DNA of 64,000 nucleotides from positions 60,512,001 through 60,576,000 of the forward strand of contig NC_091285.1 of NCBI RefSeq assembly GCF_032444005.1. The letters run 5' to 3'. Below, piece by piece: positions 50,602-63,683 of the stretch. The position numbers and the translations under genes are program-made. Below the pieces are notes generated by a model. The model ran no database searches. It saw only the letters and a list, made by a program, of their open reading frames with translations, and was not told where the DNA came from. This stretch comes from Ranitomeya imitator (lineage: Eukaryota). Position 1 is the first letter of the stretch, and every line of letters starts with the position of its first letter.

Positions 50602-51264
50602 CAGTAAATCTGGACCACGTCACAGCAGTGGAGCAGGGAGAGGTAAGTATTTCAACTTTGCAAGTGCTGTGATCCTGAGCAAGCAGGGGGGGCCCACTCG
50701 TTGGCATTGGCACTGGCACAGGGCCCCTCAAAGTACAGCGGTGTGTTTGCACGGCGGGGGCGCCTCTCACCGGCAGCAACACTTTTGCGTACTATGAGGG
50801 GCCCTGTGCCAGTGACGTCGCCAACGAGTATTCTTCCCCCAACCTGATGAAGCAACCTGCACCTTCATCTGCACCTTCCTCTTTGACTTTCAGCAGGGTC
50901 ACAATCTTGCAGTGTAGCGTGCACGGGGAATGTTGCATTATGGGTCAATGTACCAGCAGACTCATCTATCACTGGCTGGGCAATGGGCAGGATGAGGGGG
51001 AAACAGATATGGGCCCAAATAATAAAGTGGGCTAAATGCAGTTCAAAATTGGTAACAGGACTAACCAGGGGGCATTGTTTTGTTCAGTGGAGGACAACTG
51101 GAATGAGAGGCTGACACAGAGAGTAGGCCCAAATCAGTAAGTATTCTAAATGCAGTTCAAAATTAGCAACAGTAGTAAACCGGTGGCACAGCTTTGTTCA
51201 CTGTAGGAGAACAGCAAGGAGCGGCAGACACAGATAGAAGGCCCCAACCCAACTAGTAGGCCTA

Positions 51265-52870
51265 ATGCAGTGTTGTTTTCAACAACTACTAAACGAGAGC
51301 CAGAAGATCGAAGCAATGGAGAGGCAACCTGGGGAACACCTTGGAGTGGAACACACAGTCTCTACACCCCAGACCCAACTTGTAGGCCGAATGCAGTGTT
51401 GTTTTCAACAACTACTAAACAAGAGCTTTAAGATTGAAGCAATGGAGAGGAAACCTGGAGAACACCTTGGAGCGGAAGACACCGTCTCTACAACCCAGAC
51501 CCAACTTGTAGGCCAAATGCAGTGTTCTTTTCAACAACTACTAAACAAGAGCTTTAAGATTGAAGCAATGGAGAGGAAACCTGGAGAACACCTTGGAGTG
51601 GAATACACCGTCTCTACACCCCAGACCAAACTTGTAGGCCGAATGCAGTGTTGTTTTCAACAACTACTAAACAAGAGTTTTAAGATTGAAGCAATGGAGA
51701 GGCAACCTGGGGAACACCTTGGAGTGGAACACACCGTCTCTACACCCCAGACCCAACTTGTAGGCCGAATGCAGTGTTGTTTTCAACAACTACTAAACAA
51801 GAGCTTTAAGATTGAAGCAATGGAGAGGAAACCTGGAGAACACCTTGGAGCGGAAGACACCGTCTCTACACCCCAGACCCAACTTGTAGGCCTTATGCAG
51901 TGTTGTTTTCAACAACTACTAAACGAGAGCCAGAAGATCGAAGCAATGGAGCGGAAACCTGGGGAACACCTTGGAGTGGAAGACACCGTCTCTACACCCC
52001 AGACCCAACTTGTAGGCCGAATGCAGTGTTGTTTTCAACAACTACTAAACAAGAGCTTTAAGATTGAAGCAATGGAGAGGCAACCTGGGGAACACCTTGG
52101 AGTGGAACACACCATCTCTACACCCCAGACCCAACTTGTAGGCCGAATGCAGTGTTGTTTTTAACAACTACTAAACAAGAGCTTTAAGATTGAAGCAATG
52201 GAGAGGCAACCTGGGGAACACCTTGGAGTGGAACACACCGTCTCTACACCCCAGACCCAACTTGTAGGCCAAATGCAGTGTTGTTTTCAACAACTACTAA
52301 ACAAGAGCTTTAAGATTGAAGCAATGGAGAGGCAACCTGGGGAACACCTTGGAGTGGAACACACCATCTCTACACCCCAGACCCAACTTGTTGGCCGAAT
52401 GCAGTGTTGTTTTCAACAACTACTAAACAAGAGCTTTAAGATTGAAGCAATGGAGAGGCAACCTGGGGAACACCTTGGAGTGGAACACACCATCTCTACA
52501 CCCCAGACCCAACTTGTAGGCAGAATGCAGTGTTGTTTTCAACAACTACTAAACAAGAGCTTTAAGATTGAAGCAATGGAGAGGAAACCTGGAGAACACC
52601 TTGGAGCGGAAGACACCATCTCTACACCCCAGACCCAACTTGTAGGCCTAATGCAGTGTTGTTTTCAACAACTACTAAATGAGAACCAGAAGATCGAAGC
52701 AATGGAGAGGCAACCTGGGGAACACCTTGGAGTGGAACACACCGTCTCTACACCCCAGACCCAACTTGTAGGCCGAATGCAGTGTTGTTTTCAACAACTA
52801 CTAAACGAGAGCTAGAAGCTCTAAGCTATGGAGAGGAAACCTGGGGAACACCTTGGAGCGGCAGACACCG
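51265..52870. repeat. 126-bp tandem array (about 12.7 copies) in the hAT 3-prime region
   Basis: ATGCAGTGTT at 51265, 51391, 51517 and onward with a 126-bp period. Confidence 0.97.
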
Positions 52871-53170
52871 TTAGTAGGCCCTACCGAAGTAGTAGTAGTA
52901 GCCCCAATGCAGTTTTCAAATTCCTATAGGCTGAAAACCAGACTATTGACGCTCAGCTTTTTTAAAAGGAGGACAGCTGTATTGAGTGGCGCAGACAGAC
53001 ACAGGTAGTAGGCCTTAAACACAACATTTGACTCAATGCAGTTTAAAAAAGGTTACAGGGGTACACAGGCAGCATTGGTCTGTTCAGTGGAGGACAATTT
53101 CAATTATGGACCACAGACAGAGGTTGTATGCCTACTATTAAAAAAAGGATGCTCTATGCAATTTAAAATA

Positions 53171-54470
53171 GGTTCCAGGGGTACACGGGCAGCAGTGGTC
53201 TGGTCAGTGGAGGACTAGTGGAAGGAGGGACCGCAGACAGGCGCAGTAGGCCTAACATAACAAAATTTGGCTGTAGGCACTTTTAAATTGGTTCCAGGGG
53301 TACACGGGCAGCAGTGGTCTGGTCAGTGGAGGACTAGTGGAAGGAGGGACCGCAGACAGGCGTAGTAGGCCTAACAACAAAATTTGGCTGTAGGCACTTT
53401 TAAATTGGTTCCAGGGGTACACGGGCAGCAGTGGTCTGGTCAGTGGAGGACTAGTGGAAGGAGGGACCGCAGACAGGCATAGTAGGCCTAACATAACAAA
53501 ATTTGGCTGTAGGCACTTTTAAATTGGTTCCAGGGGTACACGGGCAGCAGTAGACAGGTCACTGGAGGACTAGTGGAAGGAGGGACCGCAGACATGCGTA
53601 GTAGGCCTAACATAACAAAATTTGGCTGTAGGCACTTTTAAATTGGTTCCAGGGGTACACGGGCAGCAGTAGACAGGTCACTGGAGGACTAGTGGAAGGA
53701 GGGACCGCAGACATGCGTAGTAGGCCTAACATAACAAAATTTGGCTGTAGGCACTTTTAAATTGGTTCCAGGGGTACACGGGCAGCAGTAGACAGGTCAC
53801 TGGAGGACTAGTGGAAGGAGGGACCACAGACAGGCGTAGTAGGCCTAACATAACAAAATTTGGCTGTAGGCACTTTTAAATTGGTTCCAGGGGTACACGG
53901 GCAGCAGTAGACAGGTCACTGGAGGACTAGTGGAAGGAGGGACCGCAGATAGGCGTAGTAGGCCTAACATAACAAAATTTGGCTGTAGGCACTTTTAAAT
54001 TGGTTCCAGGGGTACACGGGCAGCAGTAGACAGGTCACTGGAGGACTAGTGGAAGGAGGGACCGCAGACAGGCATAGTAGGCCTAACATAACAAAATTTG
54101 GCTGTAGGCACTTTTAAATTGGTTCCAGGGGTACACGGGCAGCAGTGGTCTGGTCAGTGGAGGACTAGTGGAAGGAGGGACCGCAGACAGGCGTAGTAGG
54201 CCTAACACAACAAAATTTGGCTGTAGGCACTTTTAAATTGGTTCCAGGGGTACACGGGCAGCAGTAGACAGGTCACTGGAGGACTAGTGGAAGGAGGGAC
54301 CGCAGACAGGCGTAGTAGGCCTAACATAACAAAATTTGGCTGTAGGCACTTTTAAATTGGTTTCAGGGGTACACGAGCAGCAGTAGACAGGTCACTGGAG
54401 GACTAGTGGAAGGAGGGACCGCAGACAGGCGTAGTAGGCCTAACATAACAAAATTTGGCTGTAGGCACTT
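53171..54470. repeat. 119-bp tandem array (about 11 copies), homologous to 1-2835
   Basis: GGTTCCAGGGG at 53171, 53290, 53407, 53526, 53645 and onward. Confidence 0.97.
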
Positions 54471-55190
54471 GCAATTCTCTTGCAGGGGTACGCAGGCAGC
54501 ATTGGTGTTGTCAGCGGAGGCCGATTGTAATGAGTGTCTGCCAGTTAGTACTCCAAAAAAATAAATAGATGTTAATGTATCACATTACAACAAAACAAAA
54601 ACACAAAAGGGTGGAATACGTAGGTACAGGGGTGGGCTCCTCTACTGAGTTTAAGACCTAGTAATTTGGCGCTAATTATTTACTGGTGTAAATATAGGAC
54701 ACTGCCCCTGACTATGTTAAGTACCATCATACATGTCAACACATTGGTATTGTCAGTGCCAGGCATTGAATGATGTCAGTGCATAGACTAAACATCGGTG
54801 GAACTGTGAGAGATAATTGTGCAAGTGGTAGAGCAATGTTTGAGCTGGGGGGGAACTCTCTTGTGGCCGGCGGTACAGGCCCAGGGCCCCTCATGTTACA
54901 ACAGTGTGTCTGACGTTGGGTGCGCACCACCACCGCCAGAGACACTTTATTGTACTATGAGGGACCCAGTGGCAGTGCCATCGACCAAAAGCGGGCACAC
55001 CCACCTCTTCAGACAAACGGAACTCTCACGGGTGCTTGCGCCAAGTGGCGAGACCACGGCCCCGTGGGGGGGATTTTGGCCATTTAGGGAGGTGTAAACA
55101 TATCGTATGCTGGACAATCAGCTGCTGCAAATTACGCGATTGGAAAAGTCAGTCAGAGTAGTCCACAAGCAAGACCTTTTCATAGGAAAG

Positions 55191-58100
55191 CTAGGTGTCA
55201 GCCGGGCAAGGTGGGGCAATAGAATTTGAAATCCAGTTGTGGTTTATTTTAATGAATGTTAGATCATCAACATTTTGGGTAGCCAGACGAGTCCTTTTTT
55301 CGGTTAATATTGAACCTGCAGCACTGAATACTCTTTCTGATAGGACACTAGCTGCCGGGCAAGCAAGCTCCTGCAATGCATATTCTGCCAATTCTGGCCA
55401 GGTGTCTAATTTGGATGCCCAGTAATCAAATGGGAATGACGGTTGAGGGAGAACGTCGATAAGGGATGAAAAATAGTTAGTAACCATACTGGACAAATGT
55501 TGTCTCCTGTCACTTTCAATTGATGCTGCAGTACCTGTCCTGTCTGCGGTCATAGCAAAATCACTCCACAACCTGGTCAGAAAACCCCTCTGTCCAATGC
55601 CACTTCTGATTTCTGCACCTCTAACACCTCTGGTCTGCTGCCCCCTGCTGCTCGTGTGAGAACGATCACGGGCGCTGTGTGCTGGGAATGCCTGAAGCAA
55701 ATGGTCAACAAGAGTTGATTGTTTGGTTGCTAATATTAGTTCCAAGTTCTCATGTGGCATAATATTTTGCAATTTGCCTTTATAGCGAGGATCAAGGAGG
55801 CAGGCCAACCAGTAATCGTCATCGTTCATCATTTTAGTAATGCGTGGGTCCCTTTTGAGGATACGTAAGGCATAATCCGCCATGTGGGCCAAAGTTCCAG
55901 TTGTCAAATCTGCGGTTGTGCTGGGTTGAGGGGCTGTTTCAGGCAAATCTACGTCACTTGTGTCCCTCAAAAAACCAGAACCCGGCCTTGCCACGCCACC
56001 AATTTCCCGTGGCCCCGGAAAAGCTTCCTCATTAAAAAAATAGTCATCCCCATCATCCTCCTCGTCCTCGTCCTCCTGTTCGCCCGCTACCTCGTCCTGT
56101 ACACTGCCCTGACCAGACAATGGCTAACTGTCATCAAGGCTTTCCTCTTCCTCTGCTGCAGACGCCTGCTCCTTTATGTGCGTCAAACTTTGCATCCGCA
56201 GAAGCGTTAGAGGGATGCTCATGCTTATTATGGCGTTGTCTGCACTAACCAGCCGTGTGCATTCCTCAAAACACTGAAGGACTTGACACATGTCTTGTAT
56301 CTTCGACCACTGCACACCTGACAACTCCATGTCTGCCATCCTCTGCCTGCCCGTGTATGTGTATCCTCCCACAAATACATAACAGCACGCATCTGTTCGC
56401 ACAGTCTCTGAAGCATGTGCAGTGTTGAGTTCCACCTTGTTGCAACGTCTATGATTAGGCGATGCTGGGGAAGGTTCAAAGACCGCTGATAGGTCTGCAT
56501 ACGGCTGGAGTGTATGGGCGAACGGCGGATATGCGAACAAAGTCCGCGCACTTTGAGGAGCAGGTCAGATAACCCCGGATAACTTTTCAGGAAGCACTGC
56601 ACCACCAGGTTTAAGGTGTGAGCCAGGCAAGGAATGTGTTTCAGTTGGGAAAGGGAGATGGCAGCCATGAAATTCCTTCCGTTATCACTCACTACCTTGC
56701 CTGCCTCAAGATCTACAGTGCCCAGCCACGACTGCGTTTCTTTCTGCAAGAACTCGGACAGACCTTCTGCGGTGTGTCTGTTGTCGCCCAAACACTTCAT
56801 AGCCAATACAGCCTGCTGACGCTTGCCAGTAGCTGCCCCATAATGGGACAACTGGTGTGCAACTGTGGCAGCTGCGGATGGAGTGGTTGGGCGACTGCGG
56901 TCTGTGGAGGAGCTCTCGCTTCTGCAGGAGGATGAGGAGGAGGGGGTGCGAACGGCTACAGCCAACTGTTTCCTAGACCGTGGGCTAGGCAGAACTGTCC
57001 CAAAATTGCTGTCCCCTGTGGACCCTGCATCCACCACATTCACCCAGTGTGCCGTGATAGCGTGGTACAGCGTAGTCCATCAGGGCTTTGAAAGCTTCGC
57101 TTTCAACTAACCGGTAGGGCATAATCTCTAACGAGATTAGTCTAGCTATGTGGGCGTTCAAACCCTGTGTACGCGGATGCGAGGCTAAGTACTTCCTTTT
57201 TCTAACCAGAGTCTCATGTAGGGTGAGCTGGACTGGAGAGCTGGAGATCGTGGAACTAGTGGGCGTGCCGGTAGACATGGCAGACTGAGAGACGGTTGGA
57301 GACGGTATTGTTGCCGCCGGTGCCCTAGATGCAGTATTTCCTACTACGAAACTGGTGATTCCCTGACCCTGACTGCTTTGGCCTGGCAAAGAAACCTGCA
57401 CAGATACTGCAGGTGGTGCGGAAAATGGTGGCCTTACACTGACGGAAGGGATGTAGCGTTGCTGACTAGCTTCATTGGCCGAGGGTGCTACAACCTTAAG
57501 GGACGTTTGGTAGTTAGTCCAGGCTTGCAAATGCATGGTGGTTAAATGTCTATGCGTGCAACTTGTATTTAGACTTTTCAGATTCTGACCTCTGCTTAAG
57601 ATAGTTGAACATTTTTGACAGATGACTTTGCGCTGATCAATTGGATGCTGTTTAAAAAAATGCCAGACTGCACTCTTTCTAGCATCGGATCCCTTTTCAG
57701 GCATTGCAGACTGAGCTTTAACCGGATGGCCACGATGTCCTCCAACAGGTTTTGGCTTTGTCACGCGTTTTGGGCCATCTACGGGCCCGGCAGATGGAAC
57801 CTGTTGCGATGTTGATGCCTGCTGCGGCCCCTCCTCCTCCGCTTTAGAACTACTGCCGCCTGCACCCTGTTCCCCCAATGGCTGCCAATCGGGGTCATCT
57901 ATAACCTCCTCTTCTAGCTCGTGTGCAACTTCGTCTGTGTCACCGTGTAAGTCGGTGGTATAGCGTTCGTGACGGGGCAACATAGTCTCATCAGGGTCTG
58001 ATTCTGGATCAGTACCCTGCAAGGGCAATGTTGTGGTCTGAGTCAAAGGACCAGCATAGTAGTCTGGCTGTGGCTGTGCATCAGTGCACTCCATGTCCGA

Positions 58101-58573
58101 TTCAACTTGTAATGGGCATGGCCTGTTAACTGCTTCACTTTCTAAGCCAGGGACGGTATGTGTAAAGAGCTCCATGGAGTAACCCGTTGTGTCGCCTGCT
58201 GCATCCTTCTCTGTTGCTGTTTTTGCTGAAGAGGACAAGGAAGCGACTTGTCCCTGACCGTGAACATCCACTAACGACGCGCTGCTTTTACATTTACCAG
58301 TTTCAGAAGAGGAGGCAAAAGAGCTAGAGGCTGAGTCAGCAAGGTAAGCCAAAACTTGCTCTTGCTGCTCCGGCTTTAAAAGCGGTTTTCCTACTCCCAG
58401 AAAAGGGAGCGTTTGAGGCCTTGTGTAGCCAGACAACGAACCTGGCTCCACAGCTCGAGACTTAGGTGCTATATTGTTTTTCCTACGACCACCCGATGCT
58501 CCACTACCATACCATCATTACCAGCTGGCAATGAACGCCCACAGCCACGACCTTTTCCACCAGACTTCCTCAT
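55191..58573 (-). pseudogene. hAT transposase copy 2, dead
   Basis: Highly similar to 3517-7088. Has a 1-bp deletion near 58505, a 164-bp deletion at 57058/57059 removing the first catalytic Asp motif, a 1-bp deletion near 56341, and a TAG at 56124. Confidence 0.95.
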
Positions 58574-58759
58574 TGTTTTAAAAACGTCACCAAACTAACG
58601 GCATTTGTTACTGTCAAACAACTTACAAGGTGAACTCTAACTTCTGTATGATTTAGATATCCCTTTATAGGTGGGTGAGACCGCAAGGAAAATCAGGCAC
58701 GATGTTACACACTCTGTTTTCTGTGGCACCAAATGAGAGAGATGCCACACACGCAGGAC

Positions 58760-60624
58760 TGTCACTCAAGCACAAAGGCCAATATTAATCTCCCACTGTT
58801 TTTTTTTTCAGGGAGAATTTAGATACCAAATTTTTTTAACAAAAAAAATAGGCTTTCTATGGCCCACTATTTAAGAGAGATGGCACACTCAGGACTGGCA
58901 GACAAGCAGAAAGGCAAATATTAATCTCCCACTGTTTTTTTTTTTTTCAGGGAGAATTTAGATACCAAATTAAAAAAAAAATAACTAGGCTTTCTATGGC
59001 CCACTATTTAAGAGAGATGGCACACTCAGGACTGGCAGACAAGCAGAAAGGCCAATATTAATCTCCCACTGTTTTTTTTTTTTCAGGGAGAATTTAGATA
59101 CCAAATAAAAAAAAAAAACTAGGCTTTCTATGGCCCACTATTTAAGAGAGATGGCACACTCAGGACTGGCAGACAAGCAGAAAGGCCAATATTAATCTCC
59201 CACCTTTTTTTTAATTTTTTCAGAGAGAATTTAGATACCAAATTTAAAAAAAAAACTAGGCTTTCTATGGCCCACTAATTAAGAGAGATGGCACACTCAG
59301 GACTGGCAGACAAGCAGAAAGGCCAATATTAATCTCCCACTGTTTTTTTTTTTCAGGGAGAATTTAGATACCAAATTTAAAAAAAAAAAAAACTAGGCTT
59401 TCTATGACCCACTATTTAAGAGAGATGGCACACTCAGGACTGGCAGACAAGCAGAAAGGCCAATATTAATCTCCCACAGGTATTTTTTTCAGGGAGAATT
59501 TAGATACCAAATTAAAAAAAAAACACTAGGCTTTCTGTGGCCCACTATTTAAGAGAGATGGCACACTCAGGACTGGCAGACAAGCAGAAAGGCCAATATT
59601 AATCTCCCACGTTTTTTTTATTTTTTTAGGGAGAATTTAGATACCAAATTTTTTTAACAAAAAAACTAGGCTTTCTATGGCCCACTATTTAAGAGAGATG
59701 GCACACTCAGGACTGGCAGACAAGCAGAAAGGCCAATATTAATCTCCCACGTTTTTTTTTATTTTTTCAGGGGGAATTTAGATACCAAATTTAAAAAAAT
59801 AAAAAAACACTAGGCTTTCTATGGCCCACTATTTAAGAGAGATGACACACTCAGGACTGGCAGACAAGCAGAAAGGCCAATATTAATCTCCCACGTTTTT
59901 TATTTTTTCAGGGAGAATTTAGATACCAAATTTAAAAAAAAAAACTAGGCTTTCTATGGCCCACTAATTAAGAGAGATGGCACACTCAGGACTGGCAGAC
60001 AAGCAGAAAGTTAAATATTAATCTCCCACGTTTTTTTTATTTTTTTAAGGGAGATTTTAGATACCAAATTTTTTTAACAAAAAAACTAGGCTTTCTATGG
60101 CCCACTATTTAAGAGAGATGGCACACTCAGGACTGGCAGACAAGCAGAAAGGCCAATATTAATCTCCCACAGTTTTTTTTTTTTTTCAGGGAGAATTTTG
60201 ATACCAAATTTAAAAAAAAACACTAGGCTTTCTATGGCCCACTATTTAAGAGAGATGGCACACTCAGGACTGGCAGACAAGCAGAAAGGCCAATATTAAT
60301 CTCCGACGTTTTTTTTTATTTTTTCAGGGAGAATTTAGATACCAAATTTAAAAAAATAAAAAAACACTAGGCTTTCTATGGCCCACTATTTAAGAGAGAT
60401 GGCACACTCAGGACTGGCAGACAAGCAGAAAGGCCAATATTAATCTCCCACGTTTTTTTTTATTTTTTCAGGGAGAATTTAGATACCAAATTAAAAAAAA
60501 AAATAGGCTTTCTATGGCCCACTATTTAAGAGAGATGGCACACTCAGGACTGGCAGACAAGCAGAAAGGCCAATATTAATCTCCCACTGTTTTTTTTTTT
60601 CAGGGAGAATTTAGATACCAAATT
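58760..60624. repeat. About 135-140 bp tandem array (about 13-14 copies), 5-prime satellite of the hAT
   Basis: CAGGGAGAATTTAGATACC...GGCTTTCTATGGCCCAC...ATTAATCTCCCAC repeats. Length varies in the poly-T/poly-A tracts. Confidence 0.96.
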
Positions 60625-63600
60625 TAATCAATGGGGAATGACCTGTGTGGGAGAACATTGATAAGGGAGGAAAAGTAGTTCGTAACCATACTGGACGAAT
60701 GCTGTCTCCTGTCACTTTGAATCGATGCAGCACTACCTGTCGGGTCAGCGGTCATTGTAAAATCACTCCACAACCTGGTCATAAAACCCCTCTGTCCAAC
60801 GCCACTTCGGATTTGTGCACCTCTAACACCTCTGCCATGTTGCCCCCTACAGCTCGTGTGAGAACCATCACCGACGCTGTGTGCTGGGAATGCCTGAACC
60901 AAACGGTCTACAAGAGTTGCTTGTTTGGTAGCCAATATTTGCTCATGGTTCTCATGTGGCATGATATTTTGTAGTTTTCCTTTATATCGTGGATCCAGGA
61001 GGCAGGCCAACCAGTAATCGTCATCAGTCATCATTTTGATAATGCGGGGGTTCCTTTTTAGGATACGCAAGGCATACTAAGCCATGAGGGCCAATGTTCC
61101 AGGTGTCAATTCACTGCTTGTGCTGGGTTGAGGAGCACTTTTTTGCAAATCAATATCACTTGTGTCCCGCAAAAACCCTGTACCTGACCTTGCAACGCCA
61201 CCAGTTTATATTGCCCCCTGGGAAGCATCCTCCTCCCATAAATATTCATCCCCACCATCCTCCTCATCCTCCTCTTTGTCCATCACCTTGTCCAGGAGAG
61301 TTCCCTGAGCAGACAATGGCTGACTGTCATCAAGGCTTCCCTCCTCCTCGGCTGCAGACGCCAGCTCCTTAATGTGCATCAAACTTTGCATCAGCAGATG
61401 CATTAGTGGGATGCTCATGCTTATGATGGTGTCATCTGCACTTACCAGCCGTGTGCATTCCTCAAAACACTGAAGGACTTGACAGAGGTCTTGGAGCTTC
61501 GACCACTGCACACCAGACAACTCCATGTCTGCCATCCAACTGCCTGCCCGTGTATGTGTATCCTCCCACAAATAAATTACAGCACGCCTCTGTTCGCCCA
61601 GCCTCTGAACCATGTGCAGTGTGGAGTTCCACCTTGTTGCAACGTCGATTATTAGGTGGTGCTGGGGAAGATTCAGCGATCGCTGATGGTTCAGCATACG
61701 GCTGGAGTGTACGGGCGACCGGCGGATGTGCGAGCAAAGTCTTCGCACCTTCAGGAGCAGGGCTGGTAACTCCGGATAATTTTTGAGGATGCACTGCACC
61801 ACCAGGCTCAAGGTGTGAGCCAGGCAAGGTATGTGTTTCAGTTCTGAAAGGGCTATGGCAGCCATAAAATTCCTTCCGTTATCACTGACTACCTTGCCTG
61901 CCTCAAGATGTACACTGCCCAGCCATGACTGAGTTTGTAGCTGCAGGTACTCGGCCGGTACTTCCGCAGTGTGTCTGTTGTCACCCAAACACTTCATTTC
62001 TAACACAGCCTGCTGACGCTTACCACTAGCTGTTCGATAATGGGACACCTCGTGTGCAACACTGGCAGCTGCGGATGTAGTGGTCATGCGACTGCTCTCT
62101 GTGGACGAGCTTTCGCTTCTGGAGGAGGAGGTGGGGTGGCGAACGCCTACAGTCAACTGTTCCCTAGACCATGAGCTAGGCAGAACTGTCCCACTATGGG
62201 TATCCCCTGTGGACCCTGCATCCACCACATTAACCCAGTGTGTCGTGATGGACACGTAACGTCCCTGGCCATGCCTACTGGTCCATGCATCTGTTGTGAG
62301 GTCCACCTTTCTACTGACTGATTGCATGGACAATGCGGTCTTTGACATGCTGGTGGAGGGCTGGGATGGCTTTTCTCGCAAAGAAGTGTCGACTGGGTAG
62401 GCCATAGCGTGGTACTGCATAGGCCATCAGGGCTTTGAAAGCTTCGTTTTCAACCAACCGGTAGGGCATCATCTCTAATGAGATTAGTCTAGCAATGTGG
62501 GCGTTCAAACCCTGTGTACACGGATGAGAGGATGAGTACTTTCTTTTCCTAACGAGAGTCTCTTGAAGGGTGAGCTGGACTGGATAGGTGAATATGGTGG
62601 AACTAGCGGTGGTGGTGGTGGTGGACATGGCGGATTGAGAGAGGGTTGGTGATGGTATTCTCGATGTTTACCTACATACAGTCTTTCCTAGGAGGTGTCC
62701 TAACCGGTGGGCTTACAGTGAGGGAAGCAATGTAGCATTGCTGACTACCTTCATTCTGAGCAGGGGCACCAATGGTATGGCACGTTTGGTAGTTAGTCCA
62801 GGCTTGCAAGTGCATGCTGGTTAAATGTCTGAGCATGCACATTGTATTTAAATTTTGAAGATTCTTCCCTCTGCTAAAGGTCTTTGACTATTTCTTACAG
62901 ATAACTTTTGACTGATCATTTGGATCTTGGTTAAAAAATTGCCAGACTGCACTCTTCCTACTATGGAATACCTTTTCAGGTAATGCACGCTGTGCTACTT
63001 TCACCGGATGGCCACGCTGTCCTAAAACTGATTTTGTTTTTGACAAACGTTTTTGGCCTGATACGGGTCTGCTAGATGACAGCTGTTGAGATGTAGATGG
63101 ATGCTGCGGATCATCCTCCTCCGCTTCTGAGCTACTGGTAGCGCCACCCTCTTCCCCTAATGGCTGCCAATATGGGTCAACAACTGGGTCATCTATCACC
63201 TCCTCTTCAATGTCATGCGCACCTTCCTCTGTGTTACCGTGCATGGTGCTATAGCATTCGGGACAGGGCACCATAGTCTCATCAGGGTCAGATTCTGGCT
63301 CAGTACACTGCGAGGGCAATGTAGTGATCTGAGTCAATGGAACAGCATTATAATCTAGCTGTGGCTGTGCATCAGTGCACTCCATGTCCGATTCATCTTG
63401 TAATGGGCAGTTAACAATTTCCCGTTCTAACCCAGGCACGGTATGTGTAAAGAGCTCCATGAAGTAACCTGTAGTGTCGCCTGACGCATCCTTCACTTTT
63501 GGTTTAGGTGAAGGACACAAGGAAACGTCTTGTTCCTGTCCGGGAGCATCCACTGACGACTCGCTGCTTTTATATTTGGAACTTTCTGAAGAGGAGGCGA

Positions 63601-63683
63601 AAGAGCTAGAGGCTCAGTCAGCAAGGAAAGCCAAAACTTTTTCCTGCTGCTCCGGCTTTAAAAGCCATTTTCCTACTCCCAGA
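60625..63683 (-). pseudogene. hAT transposase copy 3 (diverged subfamily), truncated at both ends
   Basis: BED AVWQFF...VICKK*, LTTDAWTSRHGQGRYVSIT, SDNGRNF, CLAHTL, ATRWNST, LLDPRYK. Ends at RSFPID where it abuts the satellite. Contains stops and frameshifts. Confidence 0.93.

Larger units (their letters stand above)
44628..60624 (-). mobile_element. Large hAT copy (3-prime TIR present, 5-prime TIR deleted) containing the Penelope-like insertion
   Basis: TAGGGTTGAGCAAC TIR at 44628, flank GTGTGGAG. Layout of arrays and transposase is colinear with copy 1. Confidence 0.9.

Noticed and set aside
55191-58573. Domesticated ZBED host gene
   Set aside because: Three disabled copies within TIR- and satellite-bearing elements indicate a transposon, so no gene symbol was assigned.
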